A DNA stretch of 64,000 nt from a virus. Under the pieces are notes generated by a model that was not told where the DNA came from, made no database searches, and saw only the letters and a program-made list of their open reading frames with translations. The position numbers and the translations under genes are program-made. Position 1 is the stretch's first letter. The number at the start of each line of letters is the position of its first letter. The stretch is taken from positions 64,001-128,000 of the IMG/VR virus record IMGVR_UViG_3300039183_000005. One strand, given 5' to 3'. Of the stretch, positions 48,774 to 58,606 are shown in pieces.

Positions 48774-49277
48774 TTATCCTTTGCAATATCGCCACGATCT
48801 TCCACATTTAATATCGGAGATAGTCATTCGAGCAACACCAAAAATATCAGCAATTTGTCTCTGTAATAAATTGCCTTTTAGCAATAATTCTTTTATTTGC
48901 ATAACTTGTTTTGTTGTTAATTTTGATTTTCCATTTCTTTGACCCCTATTTGTTCTCTTGTGTCGTATTTTATCTCGCTCATTATCACGGCGTGTTCCCC
49001 AAGTTAAATTATCGACATAATTATTTTGCTTATCTCCGTCCAAATGTCGTACTTCATAATTGGCTGTTGGTGGGAAGCCGATAAAAGCAAAAGCTACTAA
49101 ACGGTGTATTCTACAATATTTTCTGTTGTTATTAGCTCTTAGGTCTACTAAACAATATCCGTTTGATATACGCGGTTTTAATATTTTTCCAGTTTGTATC
49201 CTTTTCACATGACCGATATTAGATACTTCATAATAATTTTCGTATCCAATGATTGGTTTCCAAATTTCTCTATTCAT
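48774..49277 (-). CDS. NUMOD4-HNH homing endonuclease
   Basis: WKPIIGYENYYEVSNIG, HRLVAFAF, RHLDGDKQNNYVDNLTW, C-terminal HTH. Confidence 0.88.
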   Translation of the reverse strand: MNREIWKPIIGYENYYEVSNIGHVKRIQTGKILKPRISNGYCLVDLRANNNRKYCRIHRLVAFAFIGFPPTANYEVRHLDGDKQNNYVDNLTWGTRRDNERDKIRHKRTNRGQRNGKSKLTTKQVMQIKELLLKGNLLQRQIADIFGVARMTISDIKCGRSWRYCKG

Positions 49278-49307
49278 TCAATATCTACCAATATGTAATT
49301 TTATTAA

Positions 49308-50495
49308 CTAGTCAACCCAAATTGGTGCTTCTACAGTTTTCCCGTGTTTAGGATGTACCAAGAAAAATGTTTGTTGCGGTTTTTCAAACGGCGCTTTTAT
49401 ATTGATACTATATGGTCCATATCCGATAATAGACCCATTCCCAACGAAATTCTTGGCAGACAATCTTTGATGCCAATGGCCAAAAACGTCGATATCTGCT
49501 TTCCTACCCTTGTTCCATTCCGCAATGGCCTTATTGAGTGGAATGGTAATTCCTCCAACACCACCAGCATAACGAATATAATTACCATGATGAAACCTTA
49601 AATTATATCCATACACATTGAGGTAATTAAAATATCCTCTAGATAACTTAAATTCTACAGTATCAGATTGTTCATAATGAGACATGAGGAAGTTATATAT
49701 CAACCATTCAAAACTGTTTTCTACGCTGGTTGAAATTCTGATTTTTTTCGTTGTCCTACCATGATTTCCAATACTTGTAACTATAATTATCTTTTTAAAG
49801 CCACCATGTTCCACTAGAAAATTTATAGCAGAAATACACATTTTATAAACACCGATACTGGCTTCAACGGGAGATAGTGCGTTGCCCTCTATCAAATCTT
49901 CGTGGATATAACCACTAATTAAATCTCCACCAAGCCATAAAACTAAAGTATTAATATCTGACTTGCTTCTGCACATTTCAATTAGTTTTAGTCCATTCGT
50001 AAAAATATTATTGAATCTTTTTCCAGCTATTTCAATATTATATTCATTCAAGCCGTCTACCGTTTTCGGATCGACAGTTTCTTCGTAGTGTAAGTCTGAA
50101 CAACATAATACTGCGGTTGATTCTGATGATTTGCCATTTCTTACCACTTTGATTTCTTTGTGATTAATAAATTCCATATTTCTGCTGAACAAATCCATAG
50201 CACTAAGTCGTTGTTTCTGAGTGTCGAATATTCTTAAAAGTTCATCATATTTTCTTTGAAGTTCTCTTTTTTCTTTTGCTATAGATTTTAATTTAGAATC
50301 TAATCCAATTTGTTGGTCTGAAGACAACAATGGTGCTCCTGACACATATCCTTTGTCGATAGCTTTGTGATATCTGCCGCTTAGCGTTTTCCTTGCAATC
50401 CCAGTTTGCTTAGCCGCTTCTGTAATTGACCCGTATTTAGCAACCGCATCTACGGCTTCTTGCAAAATAATACGTTCACTATTCATCTGCATCAA
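49308..50495 (-). CDS. Calcineurin-like metallophosphoesterase with N-terminal HTH/coiled coil
   Basis: SDLH, GGDLISG, GNHGR, HHGN, GHWH. Confidence 0.8.
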   Translation of the reverse strand: MMQMNSERIILQEAVDAVAKYGSITEAAKQTGIARKTLSGRYHKAIDKGYVSGAPLLSSDQQIGLDSKLKSIAKEKRELQRKYDELLRIFDTQKQRLSAMDLFSRNMEFINHKEIKVVRNGKSSESTAVLCCSDLHYEETVDPKTVDGLNEYNIEIAGKRFNNIFTNGLKLIEMCRSKSDINTLVLWLGGDLISGYIHEDLIEGNALSPVEASIGVYKMCISAINFLVEHGGFKKIIIVTSIGNHGRTTKKIRISTSVENSFEWLIYNFLMSHYEQSDTVEFKLSRGYFNYLNVYGYNLRFHHGNYIRYAGGVGGITIPLNKAIAEWNKGRKADIDVFGHWHQRLSAKNFVGNGSIIGYGPYSINIKAPFEKPQQTFFLVHPKHGKTVEAPIWVD

Positions 50496-50505
50496 CGCCT
50501 TTCTT

Positions 50506-52281
50506 TTATCCTTCTATGTCGCATATTCCACTCGGGCAATCGTTTATTGCCGCTTCTTCTTTCATCTGCTTTAGGTATTGTTTTGCTTTTTCTAGTGGTA
50601 TTGGTACTAGCGGAGATTTCCCTCGACTGCCATCTCTGTACACAGTAATTCCTTTGAGTTTACCAATATATTGTCTTATTTCTTTCGATAATTTTTCGAC
50701 CGAATAATTAGCCGATAAATTAATTGTCTTTGATATAGAATTATCCACATGTCTTTGACAAATAGCCTGCATTGCTAGGTGATCTTCTGGTACAATATCA
50801 TGGGCACATTGAAAATGTTTTGTATCTCTATTAGTTTCCAAAAACTTTTTTAATAATGGATGCACTACCACTTCGACAGCCCCATCTCTTTTGCCGTTAT
50901 TATGCATATCTTTATGTTTATTAAAACGCCGTTCATAAACTGGTTGAAACAATGGTTCTATGCCAGACGAACAACCAGCCATAATAGATGTTGTACCGGT
51001 AGGAGCAATGCAAAGTAAAGCGCAATTACGAAGACCATGTTCTTTGATAAGACGATGATGTCTTCGCGGAAGACATTTTTTAACAAACCCTGTTTTTATA
51101 TGTTTGTTCGCATCAAATGCGTGAAATGATCCCTTTTCGATTGCCAAAGTAATACTTGCGTGATAAGCCTGTTTTTTTATAAAGTCCATCATTTTATCTA
51201 CGATATCTCTTGCTGCTTGACTAGAATATTTCATACCTAACTCTAATAGCATATCATGAAGACCCATCACCCCAAGACCAATACGACGATGGTTTTCTGA
51301 CGTTTCCTGAATAACTGGAAGTGGATAATTATTTTGATCTAATACGTTATCTAAAAATCGCACACCCATGGCCACTGTTTCTTCTAATAAATCCCAATCA
51401 ATTTTACCATTAATAATATGTGTATGAAGATTAATTGCCCCAAGGCAACAACATCCATATTCTTCCAAAGTTACTTCGCCACATGGATTAGTTGAAGAAA
51501 ATTCTCCACCTGATACATAAGCAATTGTGTTTTGTTCATTGATCAAACTAACATTCAAAAATCCAGGATCACCATTTCTCCATGCATTTTGAATAATTTT
51601 ATTCCAAATATCTTTAACTTCAATTTTCCCTCTTTCTTCTCCATGCCACCTGAAAACTATTTCACCATCCTCATCCAACAGTTTAAGAAATTCATTGTCA
51701 ATAAGTACAGAAATGTTGGCATTATTCAATTCTTTATTGTCAAGTTTTGCTTCTAAAAATTCCAACAAATCAGGGTGTCTCCAATCCAAACAATAAAGTA
51801 GAGCTGATCTCCTACCTCCTCCCTCCCTCAACTCATTGCAAATACCATTAATTGCCCTCATTAAACTAACTGAACCAGTAGCCTCACCGCCCGTACCTCT
51901 GATTTTAGTACCTCTTGGTCTTATTTTCGAAAAATTAAGTCCAACGCCGCCACCGGTGCCAGAAATAATAGTGACATTTCGTAGAGCATCCCCCCATCCT
52001 TCTCGACTATCATTAACAGGAATCACAAAGCAACCAAGCATTTGTCCTCTTGGTCGTCCAGCGCCTCTCCAAATTCTACCGCCAGGAGAGAAACGATTTG
52101 TTTGTAATATGTCTAAAAATCTCGTAAAATATTCATCTCGCTTAGTTCCCATCTCTGCATCTGCAATCGTACGAGCGACACGTTCACATGCTTGGGAAAA
52201 TGTTTCTTCTTCGTGAATAGCGTATCTATCTTGAAAAATCTTTAAGGCAAATCCTTGCGGTGAATATTTTGCGATACTCAA
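50506..52281 (-). CDS. nrdJ: Ribonucleotide reductase, probably class II (adenosylcobalamin-dependent)
   Basis: PGGRI, GGGVG, TNPCGE, RRIGLGVMG, APTGTTS, SISKTIN, C-terminal CPSGIC; no small subunit adjacent. Confidence 0.85.
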   Translation of the reverse strand: MSIAKYSPQGFALKIFQDRYAIHEEETFSQACERVARTIADAEMGTKRDEYFTRFLDILQTNRFSPGGRIWRGAGRPRGQMLGCFVIPVNDSREGWGDALRNVTIISGTGGGVGLNFSKIRPRGTKIRGTGGEATGSVSLMRAINGICNELREGGGRRSALLYCLDWRHPDLLEFLEAKLDNKELNNANISVLIDNEFLKLLDEDGEIVFRWHGEERGKIEVKDIWNKIIQNAWRNGDPGFLNVSLINEQNTIAYVSGGEFSSTNPCGEVTLEEYGCCCLGAINLHTHIINGKIDWDLLEETVAMGVRFLDNVLDQNNYPLPVIQETSENHRRIGLGVMGLHDMLLELGMKYSSQAARDIVDKMMDFIKKQAYHASITLAIEKGSFHAFDANKHIKTGFVKKCLPRRHHRLIKEHGLRNCALLCIAPTGTTSIMAGCSSGIEPLFQPVYERRFNKHKDMHNNGKRDGAVEVVVHPLLKKFLETNRDTKHFQCAHDIVPEDHLAMQAICQRHVDNSISKTINLSANYSVEKLSKEIRQYIGKLKGITVYRDGSRGKSPLVPIPLEKAKQYLKQMKEEAAINDCPSGICDIEG

Positions 52282-52916
52282 CTATTAATCCCTCCTTCTA
52301 TGTGTATGCTTCCTGTGCTATCTTGACAATCGTATTCTGGTTGGTCTGAATTAGGTTGCTGCTTTAAATATGATGTGACTGCTTTCCGAAATGGTTTTAT
52401 AAAATGATTATAATGTCGCTGATATCTGGTGTATGATTGAGAGTCTGCAATTCGTAAAGCAAACCAATCTTTGATATTTACTGGTCCTACCTCTGCGACA
52501 AATTTTCGTATTGTTTTTTCTTTCATATCTATACTCACGTCGTACATATGTGTTCGAACCAAACGCATTATTTTATCTGTTAAATTTGCTGATGTTTTCC
52601 ATTCTGCAAGTTTAACCTTCGCTATGTTGGTTGATTCTTCGGCATGACCAGGAAATCTCGACTTAGAATTATCATCAATCATAAATACTTTACACTTACC
52701 TAGATCATGAAATAAGCCAGACAACAAAGTGACTGGGGTTTTAGGTTCGATTAAATCTATAACCAACATTGTATGTTCCCAAACCGATTGGCCATTTTGT
52801 TGAATAATCGAACGACTATTTTCCAGCTCTGGGAATTCTATATTAGATGTAATCCAGTAATCACTAGGTAAATCCGAAGTTGTCATTCCATTAATAATTT
52901 CGTCTATTTTGTTCAT
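52278..52916 (-). CDS. HD-domain phosphohydrolase (CCA-adding enzyme HD module-like)
   Basis: VWEHTMLV, LFHDLGK, FPGHAEES, THM, IAD. Confidence 0.75.
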   Translation of the reverse strand: MNKIDEIINGMTTSDLPSDYWITSNIEFPELENSRSIIQQNGQSVWEHTMLVIDLIEPKTPVTLLSGLFHDLGKCKVFMIDDNSKSRFPGHAEESTNIAKVKLAEWKTSANLTDKIMRLVRTHMYDVSIDMKEKTIRKFVAEVGPVNIKDWFALRIADSQSYTRYQRHYNHFIKPFRKAVTSYLKQQPNSDQPEYDCQDSTGSIHIEGGINS

Positions 52917-53764
52917 TGACGAGATACCATATTTTGATTTATAAAATCTTTTGCCACTCCGACAGAAATAGCACGTGCTAAGTGCGGAATAATTTGGCCA
53001 TTACCAGCAACAACAACTCTAAATGGAATACCAATCATATAATAATGTTCATCATATTTTTTAAATAATCCACCACCACTTGATCCTGGAGTAATTTGGG
53101 CTGTGTTACCATAAATAGTCCATTCTTTTTCATTATTTTTCCCCGTAATTATTTGTGAGATAATTCCAGTTGTTGGTATAGGGCCACGTCCAAGCTGGCA
53201 CCCTATTGCAAATACCTCATCGAAAACACGTACTTTATTAAGCATATCTTCGTCTGCGATTTTGGCTACTGCAAATTTATATTGAGCACGAAATGATAAT
53301 AGTGCAAAATCATATTGCTTGTCCTCAGCAATCACTACTGCGTCATAGTGAAACAAATTTAAATTTGTGTGATCGAAAGCTGTTATATTGCAACCAGTAT
53401 CTATTTTTTTTGTTTCTATGACACCTGTTAGTGAATTAACTTTTAGTAGAATTATCATAAATCTACTATTGGTAATATGGGCGTTGGTTAGCACAATGTA
53501 TTCAAATGTTTCATCGATATCTGTTGTAAAACAATTAATAATAATTCCAGAACCACTACCAATACGAGTGCGCACTGAGACTGTTGTATCTCGCATTTCC
53601 AGTTGTTTAAGTGCTATTTTGTCAATTTTTATGGAAGTTTTTGTTGTATTATTTTTGTTAACACCAGCTTTGGTTATAGTGATAGAACCAATATACAAAA
53701 ATATGCCTAGAATTAATATGAAACTTATATACCACTTTGATCTATTCATAATGTTTATCCCCAC
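52913..53764 (-). CDS. Membrane-anchored/secreted trypsin-like serine protease
   Basis: N-terminal TM helix; GSG, LTNAH, DFALL, PGSSGGGL. Confidence 0.85.
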   Translation of the reverse strand: MGINIMNRSKWYISFILILGIFLYIGSITITKAGVNKNNTTKTSIKIDKIALKQLEMRDTTVSVRTRIGSGSGIIINCFTTDIDETFEYIVLTNAHITNSRFMIILLKVNSLTGVIETKKIDTGCNITAFDHTNLNLFHYDAVVIAEDKQYDFALLSFRAQYKFAVAKIADEDMLNKVRVFDEVFAIGCQLGRGPIPTTGIISQIITGKNNEKEWTIYGNTAQITPGSSGGGLFKKYDEHYYMIGIPFRVVVAGNGQIIPHLARAISVGVAKDFINQNMVSRQ

Positions 53765-53819
53765 AGCAATAAAAATTAAAATATCAAATATTAATAATAA
53801 TTATACAAAGTGTGTCAAA

Positions 53820-54266
53820 TTATTCAGAAAATTCATCTACCGCAGTAAGTGCCCCGTCGATAGCAGAGTAAATTAGAGATATAACTAATTCTTGATTTTC
53901 AGTAACATCTATGTTGGCAGATCGTAAATATCTTTCAATAACATCGATAATTGTTAATCCATAAATTTGACATTCATGTGGAAGCATTTCGTAAACCAAT
54001 TTTCTTGCACCAGCAAAATTTGGATTACCGGGCACCGCAAGCAAATCCCGCAAAGCAATTAAATATTTTTTAATTAGTTCTATATCATCTGGTGTTATTT
54101 CTGACTCAGTTAATGCTATACGAGTTGCTATTTTTGAAAACATGTTGATATCAATCTTAAGCTGTGCGACATTGTTTTGCCATCCATTATTATTGGATAT
54201 AGCGCAACCAATTATTGGAACAGATATAAATATTGATAAAACAAAAATAATCAGCCACTTCTTCAT
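53820..54266 (-). CDS. Putative lipoprotein
   Basis: MKKW + hydrophobic core + IIGC lipobox-like motif. Confidence 0.6.
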   Translation of the reverse strand: MKKWLIIFVLSIFISVPIIGCAISNNNGWQNNVAQLKIDINMFSKIATRIALTESEITPDDIELIKKYLIALRDLLAVPGNPNFAGARKLVYEMLPHECQIYGLTIIDVIERYLRSANIDVTENQELVISLIYSAIDGALTAVDEFSE

Positions 54267-54314
54267 TTTTTACACCTTCCTATTAATTAAGCAATAGATT
54301 AACTCACTAAAAAT

Positions 54315-54322
54315 TTATACAC
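54315..54322 (-). promoter_or_regulatory. Putative late promoter motif GTGTATAA
   Basis: Intergenic, upstream of the lipoprotein gene; same core as the + strand structural motif. Confidence 0.35.
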
Positions 54323-54328
54323 AATATA

Positions 54329-54658
54329 TCAATCATTTGGTTGATTTCTTTGCCACCTTTCACGACGTCTGTTCTTGGCTCGTTGATTTTCATTTTCTTC
54401 TTTTTGACGACCATATCTCCACGTACGTTTTTGTCGCTTTGTTCCACCAGGATTTATGGTTAGAGGATCAATCTGATAACAAGCTATACATTCAACCTCG
54501 CCACTTTTTGGATTTCTGTGGGCTTCCCTACATATTCCTTTGCACTTTGACTTATAGCCATCCCCGCAAGCACATAAGTCTACACCCACCAACCGCCTAA
54601 GTCGTTCAAATTTCTTCTTTTCTCTCTTTATTTTATTGCGCCCTCTTTCATTAGCCAT
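54329..54658 (-). CDS. Basic Cys-rich hypothetical protein
   Basis: 109 aa, Arg/Lys-rich, CAC...C...C...CIAC. Confidence 0.5.
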   Translation of the reverse strand: MANERGRNKIKREKKKFERLRRLVGVDLCACGDGYKSKCKGICREAHRNPKSGEVECIACYQIDPLTINPGGTKRQKRTWRYGRQKEENENQRAKNRRRERWQRNQPND

Positions 54659-54667
54659 AATTCATTT

Positions 54668-55174
54668 TCACCTCACAACACATACACGTCTCATTTTTCC
54701 AATCGCCCTTTCTCGAATGCGACATACTGTGGACGGAACGATATTTTGTTCAAGTGATACTTCCCTAATAGTTTTATCACCAAAAAATAGCCCATAAATT
54801 ATAGCTCGCTCATTGTCGCTAAGAAATGATATTAATTCCTCCACCATTATGCGCATATTTACATCAACGACAGGACTGGCTATGTCAAAAGCAGAATCAA
54901 TTGATACAATTTGGATACGTTTGGCCCTTTTTTCTGCGTCTAACATATGCATAAATAAACCATGTATTCTGCCATAAACAAAAGTTAAAAAAGAACCGCC
55001 TTGGCAATAACAAATCATACATTTTAATAATTCATCATTAGCTTTTGCTCTAAATTCTTCTGCCTGCAATCGATTAGATGCAATTCGAAATGCCAATTTG
55101 TTAATAAGTGGAGCATATTGCGAACAAGCAAAAGCGAAATATTGCTTTGTTATACGACGTTGTTGTTTTATCAT
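54668..55174 (-). CDS. Sigma-70/ECF-like sigma factor
   Basis: QYAPLINKLA, SFLTFVYGRI (region 2); LSDNERAII...TIREVS...STVCRIRERAIGKMR (region 4). Confidence 0.75.
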   Translation of the reverse strand: MIKQQRRITKQYFAFACSQYAPLINKLAFRIASNRLQAEEFRAKANDELLKCMICYCQGGSFLTFVYGRIHGLFMHMLDAEKRAKRIQIVSIDSAFDIASPVVDVNMRIMVEELISFLSDNERAIIYGLFFGDKTIREVSLEQNIVPSTVCRIRERAIGKMRRVCVVR

Positions 55175-55860
55175 ATTTTAAATCTCTTATTAATGTTTTG
55201 TTCCATTCGTGGAGTCCATATTCCGTCAATAAGCCCTATTTTAATTGCCTGTCTAGGAGACATCCATTCGGTTTCATTCATTAGTTTAGTCAATTGTTTA
55301 ACTGTTAATTCAGTTCTTCTAGCTAATGATGCAACTTTTCGACTATAATCTTCTTCTACATGACCTGTCATCTTCGAATGTCTTTCGATTGATTCTGTCT
55401 GATTTTGTATAATCACTGAATGCAACATCATCGATGAATTTGTTGTAGCATAACGACAACCTTTTGTTCCGAATGCTGCTATCATGGCTGCCATTGAATG
55501 AGCTTGACCACGAACAATTGTATATATAGGACAACTACACGCTAACATTTGATCAATAATAGCATAGCCAGATGCCATACAGCCACCAGGGCTGTGAATA
55601 TATATATATATTGGTTCTTTTAGTAGCGAAAAGAGTTGTAAATAATTACAAATATGCGTAGATGTTATTTCATTAATTTCGCCAACAATAGAAAGCCTGC
55701 GTGTCCTTACAAGAAATTCTTCAATTATTTCATCGACACTAATTGGGATTGATGAATTTGTGTCACTTTCATACTTGTCACAATACTCATGATCATCTTG
55801 ATTTTTACCTTTATTAAACTTCACTTTTGTCTCCAAATGGGTGATATTTTTTATGGACAC
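55171..55860 (-). CDS. clpP: ATP-dependent Clp protease proteolytic subunit
   Basis: IYIHSPGG, AHSMAAMI, MMLH, WMSPRQAIKIGLID. Confidence 0.88.
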   Translation of the reverse strand: MSIKNITHLETKVKFNKGKNQDDHEYCDKYESDTNSSIPISVDEIIEEFLVRTRRLSIVGEINEITSTHICNYLQLFSLLKEPIYIYIHSPGGCMASGYAIIDQMLACSCPIYTIVRGQAHSMAAMIAAFGTKGCRYATTNSSMMLHSVIIQNQTESIERHSKMTGHVEEDYSRKVASLARRTELTVKQLTKLMNETEWMSPRQAIKIGLIDGIWTPRMEQNINKRFKI

Positions 55861-56698
55861 CTATAAGTTTATTACTATCTATTGCAAGATAAGTTTGTGT
55901 TGTCGATAAGTATTGATGGCCCAACAGGGCTTGTATTAGTTCTAAATCTATATTGCGATTCATTAATTCTGTTGCACAACTTCTGCGCAACATATGTGCT
56001 GTAGTATGTCTTATGCCAGCCCGACGAGAAATAGATACTAACATATCGCTGATAGCGCGACGTGTCATTCGTTGTCCGTTTGATTTTACGAATACCGCAG
56101 TGGTTTTTGATTGACGGCCAGAATTTAAATACAATTTAATTGCTTCGGCACATCGCCAAGTTGTCGGAACCACCCTATCTCGACCACCCTTACCACGAAC
56201 ACGTATTTCACGTTTATTCAGATTAACGTCTTTGATATCTAAATTACACAATTCAGATACACGAAGACCACTGTGGTACATAGTTAATATAATAGCGATA
56301 TCACGGCGAATGTTAGTTGTTCTGCATGTGGATAAACGCTTTTCCACAGTGGCCACAAGAATATCCACATCTTTAGAATCCAATGCATTTGGTATTCTCC
56401 TGTTTATACGTATTGAGTCTATAGCATCGATGGTTCGAGAACTTAATAAGCCAAGACTTATGAGATGATGATATAAACATCTTATCGACATGCATTTTCT
56501 GCGAATTGTTGTTGGCTTATATCCAAGACTGCGAAGATGGCCCATAAAAGTTTCCACTAGTTGGGCAGTCAATTTTTGTGTTCCGCTAAAGTCGAGAAAT
56601 TCTTTGGCATCTTTTGTGTACGCAGATAGCGTTTCCTGTGTCAAACAAAGTTCAGTACGAATGTATGTTTCAAATCCATCCATAATTGCTGTGGACAT
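55814..56698 (-). CDS. XerC/XerD-like tyrosine recombinase
   Basis: N-terminal SAM-like domain; SGLRVSE, GKGGRDR, HMLRRSCAT, LLGH...TTQTY. Confidence 0.92.
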   Translation of the reverse strand: MSTAIMDGFETYIRTELCLTQETLSAYTKDAKEFLDFSGTQKLTAQLVETFMGHLRSLGYKPTTIRRKCMSIRCLYHHLISLGLLSSRTIDAIDSIRINRRIPNALDSKDVDILVATVEKRLSTCRTTNIRRDIAIILTMYHSGLRVSELCNLDIKDVNLNKREIRVRGKGGRDRVVPTTWRCAEAIKLYLNSGRQSKTTAVFVKSNGQRMTRRAISDMLVSISRRAGIRHTTAHMLRRSCATELMNRNIDLELIQALLGHQYLSTTQTYLAIDSNKLIGVHKKYHPFGDKSEV

Positions 56699-56714
56699 TA
56701 CAATTTCTCATTCT

Positions 56715-56746
56715 ATTATACGAACAACCGGGGTGTTTGTTCCGTA
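56715..56746 (-). promoter_or_regulatory. Putative phage promoter TACGGAAC-N18-TATAAT upstream of the recombinase
   Basis: Conserved motif and spacing. Confidence 0.6.
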
Positions 56747-56762
56747 TATTTTCTTTTTTTCT

Positions 56763-57590
56763 CTATGCTCTACGGTAAATCGATTCAATTCCTTTTGTTC
56801 CATCGTCTAACACAACTTCTTTCATTCCATGAACAAAAAGCGGAGCTTTATCTTGTAAAATACGAAACACTTTAACCGCTAATTTTCTAATTTCAACATC
56901 TGCTGCTGGATTTGCTCGAAGTTCTATAAGATGACGAACCGCCCTAGCATTCATTGTAACACCGATTTTAGTTTCTGTCGCATTCGGAAGTACCGATCTT
57001 GCAGCTTGACGAGCTTTCTTTCTACGCTCAAGCTTACTCGAAATATCGGCATACATATCAGATAATTTACTGGTTAATTCTTCGTAAAGTTGCTTTGATC
57101 GTTCGCAATGCTCTGTCCACTCGCGATATGCATCTGGGTCTGCTTCCGCCAACTCTTGAATCGCTGGCGGAATTATGAAGGATACGTTGGATGAATCTAC
57201 ATAACGCTGACTTAATTGTGAGTATCCAACTCCTATTCGATGCCTTACTAGTTCGTGTGTTAAACTTCTACTTACATTCCATATCGCGAAATTAAATGTC
57301 GCATGTTCAAGGCAGGCACCATGAAAAGACTCTATAAGATTTTTAACATGATCATCATGACATCTCCCCTTTGCTGTCTCGCCCTTTTTCGGCCAAGACT
57401 GGTAACACATTCTACCGTTAAATTCTACTAACCATTCTCCATCATTGTCCCCAAGACTCATCATAGATTTTATATTGTCTTCAAATTCTTTCCATTCATA
57501 TCCATGTTCATCAAGGAATTTCATAATTCCATCAATTTCGATAATAGGCTTCCCTATCATTTCTACTCTTGGTTCTGTTACAAAAGACAT
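56763..57590 (-). CDS. thyX: FAD-dependent thymidylate synthase
   Basis: GRMCY, H..LEH, SRSLTHELVRHR, SQLSQRY, ARSVLPNA, MNAR. Confidence 0.95.
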   Translation of the reverse strand: MSFVTEPRVEMIGKPIIEIDGIMKFLDEHGYEWKEFEDNIKSMMSLGDNDGEWLVEFNGRMCYQSWPKKGETAKGRCHDDHVKNLIESFHGACLEHATFNFAIWNVSRSLTHELVRHRIGVGYSQLSQRYVDSSNVSFIIPPAIQELAEADPDAYREWTEHCERSKQLYEELTSKLSDMYADISSKLERRKKARQAARSVLPNATETKIGVTMNARAVRHLIELRANPAADVEIRKLAVKVFRILQDKAPLFVHGMKEVVLDDGTKGIESIYRRA

Positions 57591-57606
57591 ATTGTTCTCC
57601 TTTCGG

Positions 57607-57975
57607 TTATATTTGTTTTTTTTTCTTGGTTTTATATGCTTTTTGATTTTTAATAGCTTTTTCCAACAAACGAATCATTGGTACTACTTTTCTGTGATCA
57701 AGTGCTAAGCCATATTCTTTCGAGCAACTACCCAATGGACATTTTTTGCATTCTTTGTGTAGATAATGCTGACACAATGCACAGGATTCGTCGTCTATCG
57801 TTAAACCATCATCATCATCATATATTTCAAGTCCGCTAAACTTAACATTATGTTTCTTTCTATTTCGATATAATAGCCCCCTCCATTTTCTAAGAGAATG
57901 TTTCAATGCAAATCTTTTTGATACTTCGTACGCTGGTGTTTTATAAAATTCTTTTTTCCATGAATCTAAACTCAT
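57607..57975 (-). CDS. Hypothetical Cys-rich protein
   Basis: CALC...CKKCPL. Confidence 0.55.
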   Translation of the reverse strand: MSLDSWKKEFYKTPAYEVSKRFALKHSLRKWRGLLYRNRKKHNVKFSGLEIYDDDDGLTIDDESCALCQHYLHKECKKCPLGSCSKEYGLALDHRKVVPMIRLLEKAIKNQKAYKTKKKKQI

Positions 57976-58233
57976 TTACTTATCCTTTCTCAATTCTTTT
58001 AACATTTGACGCTTTTCTTCTTCGACTTTGTCCAAATCTATATTGAAAAACTCTGCCAAAAGTTTTTCTGTATTCAAATACGTTGGACTATATTCCATTT
58101 CATCCTCACCATCTATCAACTGACATATGGTCATTTCTTTAATATTTTGTAACCATTCCAAAAACTCACCAATTGCTTGAGACTTATCTTTGATAGCCAC
58201 CATTTTTTCACATTCTGGATATTTGTTTTTCAT
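57976..58233 (-). CDS. Hypothetical phage protein
   Basis: 85 aa, SQAIGEFLEWL. Confidence 0.6.
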   Translation of the reverse strand: MKNKYPECEKMVAIKDKSQAIGEFLEWLQNIKEMTICQLIDGEDEMEYSPTYLNTEKLLAEFFNIDLDKVEEEKRQMLKELRKDK

Positions 58234-58243
58234 TTTTTTCTCA

Positions 58244-58606
58244 TTAATCCGCTATATATCCACCACAAGTTGCCAAGAACAACTGCCAATTCCTTACCCA
58301 TTTTATAAATTCTTCTGGTGTGCCACCCCATAGATGGTTAGCCTTATCCAAAACCTTCATTATTATTTCATCTGTGGTTCCAGCTATTTTGTCGGCTGTT
58401 GTCGCCGACATATGTTTATCCATTTGATATGGTACCCGGTGCCAGCCCTCCAACTTTCCTGTTTCTGGACAGGTAGGTAACCCTAGATGTTCATGAAGTA
58501 TTCCCAAGAGATCGCATCCGCATACATTTGCATCCCAACTACCATCGTCAAATTGAGACGAACAATGTGGTTTATTTTTTAAAATAGAACGATACGTTAA
58601 ACTCAT
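58244..58606 (-). CDS. Hypothetical protein
   Basis: 120 aa, ATGA coupling. Confidence 0.55.
   Translation of the reverse strand: MSLTYRSILKNKPHCSSQFDDGSWDANVCGCDLLGILHEHLGLPTCPETGKLEGWHRVPYQMDKHMSATTADKIAGTTDEIIMKVLDKANHLWGGTPEEFIKWVRNWQLFLATCGGYIAD

Noticed and set aside
53388-53876. 162-aa + strand ORF and the many other short antisense/nested ORFs in the track
   Set aside because: They overlap well-supported genes, lack SDs and motifs, and are typical shadow ORFs.
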